Shown here in pieces: positions 1 through 10,400 of a stretch of 34,814 bases of DNA. The notes under the pieces are model-generated. The model searched no databases. It saw nothing but the letters and a program-made list of their open reading frames with translations, and was not told the origin of the DNA. A program made the translations under genes and the position numbers. Source of the DNA: Aduncisulcus paluster (taxonomy: Eukaryota); contig BQXS01012413.1 in the NCBI GenBank assembly GCA_024181965.1, positions 1 to 34,814 on the forward strand, given 5' to 3'. Numbering within the stretch: position 1 is the stretch's first letter; each line of letters starts with the position of its first letter.

Positions 1-51
1 CGGAATTTCCATTTCAAGAAAAAAAATCTTTCAAAAGGCAGCATAAATCAA

Positions 52-1260
52 TCACTTAAAGCGTTTTTGACGAGCTCTGCTTGAAAACCCGAATTTTGTC
101 TTATCAGATTTTGATGTTTTCTTCTTTCCAACAGTAGCCTTTTTCTTCTCAGAATCTTTCTTTTCTTTTGTTTTTTCTTTTGTACGGTTTGTTGATTTAG
201 CTTGTTTTTTCATTGAAGATACCTCGGAATCGAGAGGAGCAAGAATCTCCATTTTACGGCGTTTTCCAAGTTTTTTGTATAATTCTGCCTGTTTTTTTGT
301 TAATTCTGCATGTTTAGGTTTTGATCCAACACCTCTTCTATTCTTTTGAGGTTCAACAGTCGAATAAAAATGATCCGAATCAGTTCCACAACAATACTTG
401 TATTTGACGATGCGGATAGAAAAAAGAGAGAACAGAATTATTATACCGATCTTCCAATTGGAACGGTTTCTTTATGATCCAAATAAGTTCTTCTCGCTGT
501 TTTTTGTTATAGATTTGATCATATTTCGCAAAATGACAACATTTACAAAGATTTGATATTGCGGTACCTGTAAGTGATTTGCGAGATCTCCTTTCAAATC
601 GTATCATCATGTCAACAAATACGTAGAGCTGATCCATGTGTCTTGAAGAATGAGGTTGTTTTAATGTTAAAAACAATAGCGAAAACAAGTATTGTAAACA
701 ACCAACAAACACATCATTTGCCAAAATCTCTATAAACTTCACAGACTCTGGAGATGATGGATCCTTGGGCATGATTCGTTCCATTATTCTTTTGACAAGA
801 CAGAGAACGTGGAAGCCAAATTTATATCTTTAACAGAATACTTACTGTCCAAACCTTTACAAACAGCAGGCAAATGATCAACGAAGAGTTGCAAGGCCTC
901 CTCATCATGTTTTAGGGCGGAATACGTTCTACTTAGACTCATTAGATCATCAGGATTATTGTCAAGTAATCTTTGATTATTTCTGACAATATCAAAGAAT
1001 CCTGTCCTACGATAAGGATCTTCTCCAACAAGAGTCTCAACACAGCAGACCTTCCTTTCTTGATATTCATGCGTAGTGACTGAATGTATCAGACAAGAAT
1101 AGAATCTTCTTTTGATCACACTAACTTCTTCACTAATTTCTTGCTACCTTCTGGAGCTTCAGGTTCAAATACTTGGCGGATGATAGACACTCTTTCTTCA
1201 GGTCGAATAAGATCAGAAAAATCAACTGACATGAATAAATTGGATTCTTTGAGACACAAA
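52..1260 (-). pseudogene. Fragmented, frameshifted coding-like sequence of unknown product with a Lys-rich C-terminus
   Basis: ORFs 784..1119, 380..784 and 52..252 abut on the - strand. The 52..252 frame stays open upstream to ~421 (SIRIVKYKYCCGTDSDHFYSTVEPQKNRRG...), where it meets ORF 380..784 at a homopolymer run, consistent with a frameshift. No recognisable domain. Confidence 0.35.
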
Positions 1261-1264
1261 GGCG

Positions 1265-2648
1265 TTATCCATGAAATTCCTTGAGATTCAAGCAAGTGAA
1301 CAAATTTGTTTCTTGAGTGAGTGATTCTGTTTGTTTTATACTTGAAGGAATATCTTTCTTTCCCGAGATTATATCTCTTCTTCTTCCTCTTCTTCTTTCA
1401 CAGGCAAAGTTTCTTTCACAGCTTCTTTCACAGGTTTTGATGGCAAAGATAAAGTTGATGTGGGTCTTGGAGGAACTGGAAGGAACAGGAACAGGAGTGA
1501 AACATTTCCATGGAAGTAGAGATAATCGTTCAGCTGCAATGGTTTCCTCGGGCATAGTAAATACAAGGGAGCCGATCCAGAAACATCGACTATTCTTAAA
1601 CATCCACGTTCCTTTCCCTTCAATCTCGCACAATACAACGTTATCCAAATCAGTAGGAAGGAAGTGCCATTCATACCAATGTTCAGGTTCAGGTCTTGTG
1701 AATTCATACTTCTTGGATGTCTTCTTACCATCACAATCAGTGAAAGTGAAGAGAAGAGAGGGTGAACTATCAACCACATCCACACAGATATAAGCACCTT
1801 TCATGGGACTAGGCGATGGGAAAGGGATGGAAAGATGAGATAACCACACACTATCTTCCCCTTTTAACATTCTTTGTGCATTTAAACTCTGATCATAATA
1901 CTTAGATTCCTTACTCTCCGAATCATTTTTGCAATTAACTATTGAGAATGAAGGAGCTACAAGCTTTGGATCATCTCGTGCAATGGGAATAGAATCTCTA
2001 CCAAAAGATTCTTCATCCCCTTCCTTAACAAATTCTGGTTTCACAACTGGAGCTTCAGACCATAGTTTCTCTCTGGCTTCAAGAGATTTGATTTCTTCAG
2101 GAGTTTCTTCTCTACTAATGAAAACAAGGGATTCGATTCCAAAATAGTCTCTCTTTCTTCCTTTCCCTGTAATCTCACACAGAACAACATCAGAGAGATC
2201 AACAGGGAGGAAATATCAATCTTCATCATAAAATTCAGGAAACTCGTATTTCTTGGATGTTTTATCATCCTTTGAAGATGTAAGAGTGAAGATAAGATAT
2301 TCTGGATGATTCCAACCACCAATTAGACAGAGGTGAATAATAATATCTACCATATAGACAGATATAAGCCCCTTTCATTGGGGAAGATGAAGAGAAAGGA
2401 ATGGAGATATGGGTAAAATGCCCATCATTAACCTCTCCTTTCATCATCTTTTGTGCGTTAGAACTCGGGTCGTACTCTTCAAAACAATATATATAATCTT
2501 CTTCCTTGGTGTCATCTATTGCTTTGATAGTTGGAACCTCTGCACTCTTAATATTGGGGGCATCTTTTGGAACTGGACAGCAATTCAACACTCCTTCATG
2601 TATAAACTCAGGCTCCCCAGTTTGAATAACACCAATGGATGAACTCAT
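1265..2648 (-). pseudogene. Disrupted member of the tandem two-domain family (paralog of 31245..32321)
   Basis: Shares motifs with 31245..32321 (THISIPFSSSSPMKG, KKYEF, FLPVDL.DVVLCEI.GKG, LSLLPWK). Frameshift near 2325-2360. In-frame TGA at 2216-2218 where the paralog has Trp. The stop after LLPWK is absent and the frame reads into unrelated sequence. Confidence 0.8.
1305..1444 (-). repeat. Dispersed repeat, inverted relative to the copy at 34246-34356
   Basis: Reverse complement contains GCCATCAAAAcCTGTGAAAGAAG, GGGAAAGAAAGATATTCCTTCAAGT and AACAAACAGAATCACTCACTCAAGAAACAAA, which match 34246-34356 (+). Confidence 0.85.
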
Positions 2649-2767
2649 TTGAATAGATATAGAATATTATCTAAAAAATAAAAATAAACAAGATAATAAT
2701 AATATTTGTGAACAAACAGAATGAAAAAGACAAGACAAACAGGAAAGGAACAAGAAAGATCAACGAC

Positions 2768-2856
2768 CACAATATAGTGAGTATACTTGAATGGCACCAA
2801 TTAAAATATGTCTTAATGTGCATTTAATAAAAGATGTGACATATAGTAAACATACA
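2768..2856 (-). promoter_or_regulatory. Conserved upstream block of the tandem-domain family (copy 1)
   Basis: CACAATATAGTGAGTATA.TTGAATG...CATTTAATAAAA.ATGTGACATA starts 120 nt upstream of the ATG at 2648. The same block lies 121 nt upstream of the paralog ATG at 32321. Confidence 0.55.
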
Positions 2857-2915
2857 AGTTGTTATTAACACAAACAAAACAACGAATCGATCAAACGGAT
2901 AACAAATCCGTGACA

Positions 2916-3429
2916 GCCAGTATGCGCAGTATATTGTCATACTGTAACATCTTTTATTCTCTAGATGGTACTCTTCAAGTATTTCCACATAATTTATCCC
3001 AATTGATGTATCTCATTTGCCGCAATATTAAAAAGTCGTTTTTTGCTGCATCAATGGAAGATAATCAGTTGATTGTCCAGTTAAAATCGAAAAAAAAGAT
3101 AATAGATATTATAAAGATCCTTGATGCAATACAACAAAGTTCTAGAAAAGATGTAGGCTTTGTTTCAAAGATTTTACCGATTTTATTTTTAAAATATACA
3201 GAATCCAATATGAAATTGAAGAAAAAAATAGATGAAACGATTCTCAACCTGATGCCGAATTCTGCAAAGGGCTTGGGTTTCTTTATATATATATCCGGTC
3301 CAAAAAGTCGCAAGGAGAAGAAAATGTCGTTTTCAAGACTATTCTCTGGCCATTTCCCCAACATAGTTAGTCCTGCTGCCAAGAAGAGTTGTCTAAACTT
3401 TATAAAGAAACGTCTAGAAACCCTCGATA
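2916..3429 (+). repeat. ~520-bp element copy 1 (open reading frame, unknown product)
   Basis: Nearly identical to 4113-4637. Its frame is open (ORF 2859..3494) and runs into the N gap. Confidence 0.85.
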
Positions 3430-3477
3430 ATATTCAACCCAATTTGTCGTCAGAAATNNNNNNNNNNNNNNNNNNNN

Positions 3478-3888
3478 AGTATAAAAGTATTTGAGTATGA
3501 ACATCCAAAGGAAACGAAGGAAGAACCTACAGAAGAGAAAGGAAAGAAGAAGTGGGAATCGATTGCAACAAAGGAAAAGAAAGGGAAGAAGACGCCTTTG
3601 GTGATGGAAGTCGAGGAACATGAAGATTTAGAAGCAAGAGAAGAGAGAAGATTGGCAAGAGAAAAGGAGAGGAAAGAGAAGGCGGCGAAGGAAGAACCCA
3701 AATCATTGCCAGATATGCTTGCTGAGCACGGCAAACAGGTTCTTATTGGAACTCAACATGAGTTGCAAGAAAGTAAGGTTGCAGAACAAGCTGTGTCTTG
3801 TGTGAGTTGGCACCCAGAAAAGAAGGGACTTTTCTGTTATTCTGCCTACGATCAAACCGTTGGAATTGGATTCGTGACTAAGCTATAG
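3478..3888 (+). CDS. WDR92: WD-repeat protein 92 / dynein assembly factor, 3' partial (5' part not present after the N gap)
   Basis: The frame is open from the gap: SIKVFEYEHPK...ELQESKVAEQAVSCVSWHPEKKGLFCYSAYDQTVGIGFVTKL*. This resembles the recalled WDR92 C-terminus (WKYEYP...[33 protein letters not shown]). Confidence 0.8.
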   Translation, partial: SIKVFEYEHPKETKEEPTEEKGKKKWESIATKEKKGKKTPLVMEVEEHEDLEAREERRLAREKERKEKAAKEEPKSLPDMLAEHGKQVLIGTQHELQESKVAEQAVSCVSWHPEKKGLFCYSAYDQTVGIGFVTKL

Positions 3889-3942
3889 AGTCTGACCAGT
3901 ATCAATAAATTATTTATTTCACATTTAACTCTATGATAAACT

Positions 3943-4105
3943 GTTTGAGACCTGATGAATCGTCATGAAATTCATGATTTTGTCAACTCTCAACTTGAGA
4001 GGTCTCACTCGATTTCTAGGAGACTCTCCTTATTACTCGGAGTAATCTAATTTTCATCCTGATTAAGATGAAATTAATGGTTTCAAACCAAGAAAAGTTT
4101 TCTTG
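3943..4105. repeat. Array of short, sequence-unrelated palindromes/hairpins
   Basis: TCATGAA-A-TTCATGA (3963-3977), CTCTCAA-C-TTGAGAG (3987-4001), AGGAGA-C-TCTCCT (4018-4030), ATTACTC-G-GAGTAAT (4032-4046), TTTCATC-8nt-GATGAAA (4052-4073), TGGTTT-C-AAACCA (4078-4090), CAAGAAAA-G-TTTTCTTG (4089-4105). Confidence 0.85.
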
Positions 4106-4112
4106 CTGCACG

Positions 4113-4637
4113 GCCAGTATGCGCATTATATTGTCATACTGTAACGTTTTTTATTCTCTATGATGGTACTCTTCAAGTATTTCCACATAATTTATCCCAA
4201 TTGATGTATCTCATTTGCCCCAATATTAAAAGGTCGTTTTTTGCTGCATCCATGGAAGATAATCAGTTGATTGTCCAGTTAAAATCGAAAAAAAAAGATA
4301 ATAGATATTATAAAGATCCTTGATGCAATACAACAAAGTTCTAGAAAAGATGTAGGCTTTGTTTCAAAGATTTTACCGATTTTATTTTTAAAATATACAG
4401 AATCCAATATGAAATTGAAGAAAAAAATAGATGAAACGATTCTCAACCCGATGCCGAATTCTGCAAAGGGCTTGGGTTTCTTTATATATATCATTTATAT
4501 ATCCGGTCCAAAAAGTCGCAAGGAGAAGAAAATGTCGTTTTCAAGACTATTCTCTGGCCATTTGCCCAACATAGTTAGTCCTGCTGCCAAGAAGAGTTGT
4601 CTAAACTTTATAAAGAAACGTCTAGAAACCCTCGATA
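4113..4637 (+). repeat. ~520-bp element copy 2 (degenerate, frameshifted)
   Basis: Matches 2916-3429 with substitutions and small indels (e.g. CTCTATGATGG vs CTCTAGATGG, extra A's, short insertion near 4490). Confidence 0.85.
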
Positions 4638-4978
4638 TTATTGTTCCATACCAATAATTTTCAGCCCCGCTCGAAAAACACTGGTGAACGCTATAAATAC
4701 ATAAGGAAAATTATTAGGAAGTTTTTATTAAATTATTCTTTCTAAAAATGGCGCAAGAAACAGGTGAAGTTTTTTTACTCTCCTAATACAGCTATTCTGG
4801 AACCCCTACCCACTAAAATTTTATGTAGCAGGATACAGTGGATCCTCAGAGTTCAATTGATGCAATTTGCAAAATGGAACTTGTTTGAAACAACGCTTGA
4901 AATCGGAAATTTGAATGAAAATTTTGACAAAATTCACTAAACAAGTAAAAAATCTATTTATTATATTGAATAATGCTT

Positions 4979-5979
4979 CTATTCTTTCAAATATGGGTGA
5001 TCGAGTGCTTTCTTGGCAGAGATCCTTTCTTTGGGATCATAGGCTAACATTTTTTTAAGTAAATCCATTCCTAAAGGTCCAATAATATCCACAGCATCAG
5101 GACCAAGAGCATCATCAAGTCCCCTTCCCTTGAATGAAGGGAATTTATCACTAAAGTCGGGCAAATCGGTCACTCCAGGCCACATTGTTTCATTGGGAGT
5201 TCCAAGACATCTAAAAATGCTGATAAGTTCGCCTACTTCAGAATCACCGGGGAATAAAGGTTGTCCTGAAGCCATTTCTGCAAAAATGCAACCAACAGAC
5301 CATATATCAACTTGAGTGGAATAGTTTTTACCTCCAAGAAGGATTTCAGGTGCACGATACCACAAGGTCACAACTTCATGAGTATAAGCACGAACTGGGA
5401 TACCAAAGGCACGGGCAAGACCAAAATCTCCGAGTTTAAGCACACCACGACGATCAATCAAAAGGTTCTGTGGTTTCAAATCACGATGGAGAACCCTATG
5501 AGAATGACAATAATAAAGTCCGGCTAATAGTTGTCTTAAGAACGATTTAACCTCATCAGCACGTAATCCGACCTTTTTACGCCCGGCGGCTTCACGAGCG
5601 CGGCGACCACCAGTTCTTGCATCAATGAATTTCTTCAGATCATAATCCAAAAATTCAAAGGCAAGATATAATTTTGATCCGCTATGAATGACATCAATAA
5701 GGCGAAGGATGTTTGCATGTTCAAGTTCTTTCAATAGGGAAATTTCTCTGATAGTTGTTCCGGGTACTCCCTCGTCTTCATACTCTAATCTTATCTTTTT
5801 AATGGCAACGATTTCACGAGTGGCAATATTCCTTGCCTTGTAAACTACACCATATGTTCCTTCACCGACTTTTTCAATGCGTTGATAATTCTAAAAAATC
5901 ATAAAATATGAATCGAATTTGTCTCAAAATAGAACTAATAATAAAAAAATAAATTGATATATTGTTCACATACATCCAT
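4979..5979 (-). CDS. CDK1: Cyclin-dependent kinase (CDK1/CDK2/cdc2-like), 2 exons: 5979-5974 and 5890-4979, ~305 aa
   Basis: The spliced N-terminus reads [22 protein letters not shown]. Motifs [55 protein letters not shown] and GDSE. The intron (5973-5891, 83 nt) is GTATGT...TTAG. Confidence 0.92.
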
Positions 5980-6491
5980 TTTCTCCCAAAATATCGATCA
6001 AATTATATAATCTGCAAAATTAAAGATTGCGAAAGAAAATATTAAAGGTAATTAAATTTATTAATAATATGCACGCACTTTTTAAATTTTGCTTTGCAAA
6101 TATCTGCTTGATTCCCGCAATATATCTTGACCTCTTTTTCGGAGTAAGATAAAAAATAAAATAGGATTTGTGAATTGACAGGAATAAATCGTGAAATTTT
6201 ATTTACATATCTATTCCCAATCAGATTGTAAATTCAGAAAATTACAAGTTGCAATTCACTCGAATTACACCATCGTAAAAAACACGCGGTGAGGAAAATT
6301 AGTAAAATAGAATCATTAGCCAGAGGAATGTCTTTTTGTTGGAGGTCGTAGGATGGTGAAGATTTGCTGGGAATAACTTGTATGAGCCGCTCATAATGAG
6401 CATCTTCATAACCGGTCCAGCCGAGAATTATACCGAATAAACTGTTCTTTCAGATTGTATTCATGCGTGTTCTGACAGAGTTTAAATAATA

Positions 6492-7141
6492 ATGGGACCA
6501 GCTGCAAGCAAAAGTGAAAAAAAAGTTTATAAAATATTGATTATTGGACTTTATCGCAGTGGAAAAGTATGTTTTGGTACCTCTCTGGATTTTTTTTTTG
6601 TACAGCGTGATTTATGAGTTTATTTATAATAATTTTCTATTTTATATATACATTTATTTAGACTACTACGTTAATGTCATTAATGGGTTTAATAACTGGA
6701 AAAACGGTGGATTTTTCAAAAATACCATCAACCTTGGGGCAGAATGTTGCCAAATTAAAATTATTTAAACAAAATGTTGAAATATTTGATATGGGTGGTC
6801 AAGATCAATATAGAGAGCATTGGGATATCCACTATCATAATACTGATGGAGTTGTATTCGTTCTTGATGGAGCTGACGAGGGCAGATTTGACGAGGCTCG
6901 ACATGTTTTCCTTGATGTTTTTCAATGCGCCCCTTTTAGAGATACTCCTATTTTGTTTTTAATTAACAAGAGTGATCTGGATTATTGTAGTACTCTTGAA
7001 AGCGTCATCGAATACTTTGATTTAGAACCTTTCTCAAGCGGAGGGAGGAAATTCCGTGTATTAAGAGTCTCTGCTTTGAACGGGCATGGGATTTATACAG
7101 CATTTCAGTGGTTGGTGAAGAATATGGGGACCAAAAAATAG
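6492..7141 (+). CDS. ARF-like (ARL) small GTPase, 2 exons: 6492-6566 and 6662-7141
   Basis: MG N-terminus. The P-loop GLYRSGK|TT is joined across a 95-nt GTATGT...TTAG intron. Motifs FDMGGQ, VFVLD, NKSD and VSALNGHG. Confidence 0.9.
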
Positions 7142-7458
7142 CCTCGTGGAGTACCACCCTGCTTAGTTAAAATATTTGTTTTATAACCTTTAATTATAGG
7201 CTCATTAGAAAACTGTGTTTTTATTATTATTAAAATTATTATTATCTCTTAAGTTTTTAAACTTTTTGCTATTCAATTCACACATTCCACAGATTTGGAA
7301 TCTAGAATTTATGCATCGTTCAGATTCTGATTCTATAATAAACCATTTCTTGATCTTGTAAATATTTGAAATTGTTCTCTTCTTGTTCTCTTCTTCAAAA
7401 ACCATAGAAATAATTATAATTAATATTATAAACTTATTTAGTTAGTATTTGAAAAGCT

Positions 7459-10400
7459 CTATTTTGTCCTAATTGCTGATCTTGTATTTTTTTGGCAACC
7501 TGGTTTTATGATATAATGATCTGACAGAGTTTTATCGTCATCTGGTAATATTAAATGACACAACGGACACATATATTCATCGTCTCTCAATCGGAGCCGG
7601 CACACCTTCAAATGGGCTTCCAGCTGATCATATCTGAATACCTGAGTACAATGTTGACACTGAACATACTCCTGACGCCCATCTTTATCCGGTGCATTGC
7701 CGACACACTCTTCCATCACATGCTGATTCATACAGGGAATTTCAACAATTGTGTGACATAACGGACACACAGTGCAAAGAGGACAATCATGAGCAATATG
7801 GTGATGAACAGTATCTGGAATAGCTTCTTTAGGAGTTGAGTGAGGGACTCTCCATCCACAAAAGTCACAAATTCCATCGCCAAACACATCATCTTCCAGC
7901 TCTAATCCTTCACCTTCCTTCGGTAAAAACTCAGACATGTCATCTTCAGCAACTTCATCCTCCATTCCCCTCCTTAATCCATGAGATTCTTGCTTGCTCT
8001 GTCCATCTTTCTTCCCCTTTGAATGTACGTCTCGAAGAGCAGCACGTTGCATTATCTTCTCCTCTTCTTTCTCTTTCGCCATTCTTTCTTCCTCCATTCT
8101 TTCGAGAGTGGCCATCTTTCCTCGTGACGATTGAAGAATCACCAATTCTTTATCCTTTAACTTAATGACAGGCTCGCGGGACAATTGTTGATCAACGGCA
8201 GCCATGCTCTGAGCAACCTGTTCAAGAACATGTTCATTGCTCTGGATTTTCTGAACAGTGCCGACAACTGCTTCGGCACTCAATCCTTTGGCATACATGG
8301 CCGCCAACATTCCAATAGCACTTTTCTTGACGTCGCTAGTAATCGCACGCTCTATAACCTTAACAAGAAGAGGGAGAAGAGGAGACGTGGGAAGGGCAAG
8401 CGGCGAGAAAGGCTTGGCAACAGATTTGCCATACACTCCTTGAGCTTCAACGACAGCAGCAACAACATCACACCTGAATGTAAAGATTTTATCCATTCGC
8501 TGCTTGCGTGCAAGTCCTTGGATCTTCTTGGAGACCTCAAGCACAGAGATATGACTCAAACGAGTGGCAACACAGTGACTGATGGGTTTGCTGAGGGCAC
8601 AAAGAGATATCACGGCACTCTTGGCATGTTTTTGGGAAGCACGTTGCATTTCACTACACCGAGTGAGCAAATTATCAACAAGTTGCTGCACAATAAGTGG
8701 AGTAGACGTACCTCCTGGATCCATGAAGGAAGAGGGACACACAGATATGGCAAGTTCTGCCATAGGTCCAATCTCTTGGAGTGGAAGCGGACTCTTAACA
8801 TGACTCATGGCACACATGGCATGGAATGCTTGGTCAACAGCTTTGTGCAATGATACGGAGAAATGGACAGACTTGTCAGCGCTCAGTGCAAGCTGAGATT
8901 TAAAGAACAATATTCCGACGTCTCGATATGGCTTACGATTATCCATGATACATGCGGCTGCCCGCTGATCGATGCCGGCGTTTACAATTAAAATGAACTC
9001 GTTTGCAGATCTCACACGACTGTTGATGTTATCAGAGGTTACTTCCTCGATTCCAGAGTCTTTGTCTTGCATGAGTGCAACCAAGAGAGATCCAGGGTCA
9101 CGAGCATCAATAGGGGAAGAGAAGGAGCATGTGGAGCTACCTTGACGTGGAGAAGATACGAAGGTAGAGGGCTGACTTGAAGTCGCAGAACGAGGGGTTT
9201 CTTTCCTTTCTGTGGAAGCTTTCTTCATATCACTTGTTGATTCTTTCTTGGTTTCTGACTCTGTTGCTGCTGAGCGGACAGAGATCCCAGGAATTGCTTT
9301 CCCACCGCCGACCTTTTGCTGAACCTTGTGTTTCCTCTTCTCTGCCTCGATCTTTCTTTTCTTTCGAGCTGCTGCCTCCTCTTTCTTCTTCTTTTCAGCC
9401 CTTGCTTTCTTCATTTCCTCGAGTTTCTTATTCCAAGCGTCCAGATCAGCATCTTCTTGAGTACCAGCATCAGACCCAAAAGGAGCAGATGAAGCCTCGG
9501 ACAAAGTCGGGGTTGATTGAGTACCACCAATCTTCGAGGGTTCTTTTCTAGCTCCTGCCATACTAAGCTGGTCAGTCATACCAGTTTCTTCCGAGTCAGT
9601 TACAGTCGTTTCTTTAGCTTGGAGTTTCCTGAATTCGGCCATTTCTCGCTCAAGAGCCTGGGCATCTGCTAAAGCTTTTTGTTGCTTACGAAGAACCTCG
9701 GCATGTTTCCTTCTGGCCTGTTCCTTTTGTGCTTCCGACATCCCTGGGGTAAATTTTAATTCAGGAGCCTTCATTTTAAAGACTCTTTTAACTCCTAACT
9801 TTATGGGTCGTACTAAATGATTCTTGTCATCACCAGCTTCAATAATCTCCTCTTCTTCTTCTTCTTCCTCTTTTTCTTCTTCTTTTTCTTCTTTTTGTTC
9901 TTTTTGAATGTGTTTCTTTTGAGGCTGTTTCTTTTCTATCTTTGCTTGACCTCTCCTCTTTCTTCCCAAACGTTGAACAACCTTCTCTTCTTCTTTTTCT
10001 TTCCTCTCTTCCTCTTCTTCCTCTTCTTCCTCTTCCTCTTCCTCTTCCTCTTCCTCTTCCTCTTCCTCTTCTATTTGTTGTTCGGGACGGTATGGTTCTT
10101 CACGTACAGAAGAACCTTCATCGGAATACTCTTCATCTTCTCCAATAACATCGTCGTACGGAACTCTTCGTCGGCTTGGAGGTTTCCTTGATACCGTATC
10201 TCGATGACGACGGACTGGAGCACTATACTGCACATTGCTGGGAACAGAAGTGGGACGGGTAACCTTTTGCGTTGCTTTTTGCCTTTCTTTGGCCTTTTTG
10301 GTGAAAGGAAGAATTAGTTTCTGGAGGAGACCTTCAGGAGTTTCTCCCACATAGGCGACAAGCTTATCAATCTCTCCTTTAAGTTCTTGAGCAATCAAAT

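Noticed and set aside
2216-2218. In-frame TGA at a Trp position, suggesting TGA=Trp recoding or selenocysteine
   Set aside because: TGA terminates GUK1, FCP1 and the TBC gene in this window, and the same gene also has a frameshift. A TGG-to-TGA nonsense change is simpler.
3943-4010. CTGATGA...GAAA resembling a hammerhead ribozyme core (or a C box with CTGA at 4059)
   Set aside because: Stem II would be only 2 bp, and I could not build stem III with a properly placed UH site. C/D terminal-stem geometry is also unconvincing.
3943-4105. CRISPR-like array
   Set aside because: There is no repeated unit: the palindromes differ in sequence. The context is eukaryotic and has no cas genes.
4748-4900. 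Possible small gene starting ATGGCGCAAGAAACAG
   Set aside because: Early stop; no splice model gives a recognisable protein.
6105-6120. E2F-like TTCCCGC upstream of CDK (similar TCCCGCC at ~11313)
   Set aside because: Short motif that is expected by chance, with no supporting evidence.
7205-7405. 66-aa ORF
   Set aside because: AT-rich intergenic sequence with no recognisable features.
7555-10191. Multiple + strand ORFs (e.g. 8185..8853, 9817..10191)
   Set aside because: Antisense shadows of CEP104. The same applies to shadow ORFs over PARG, the kinase, FCP1 and SRP19.
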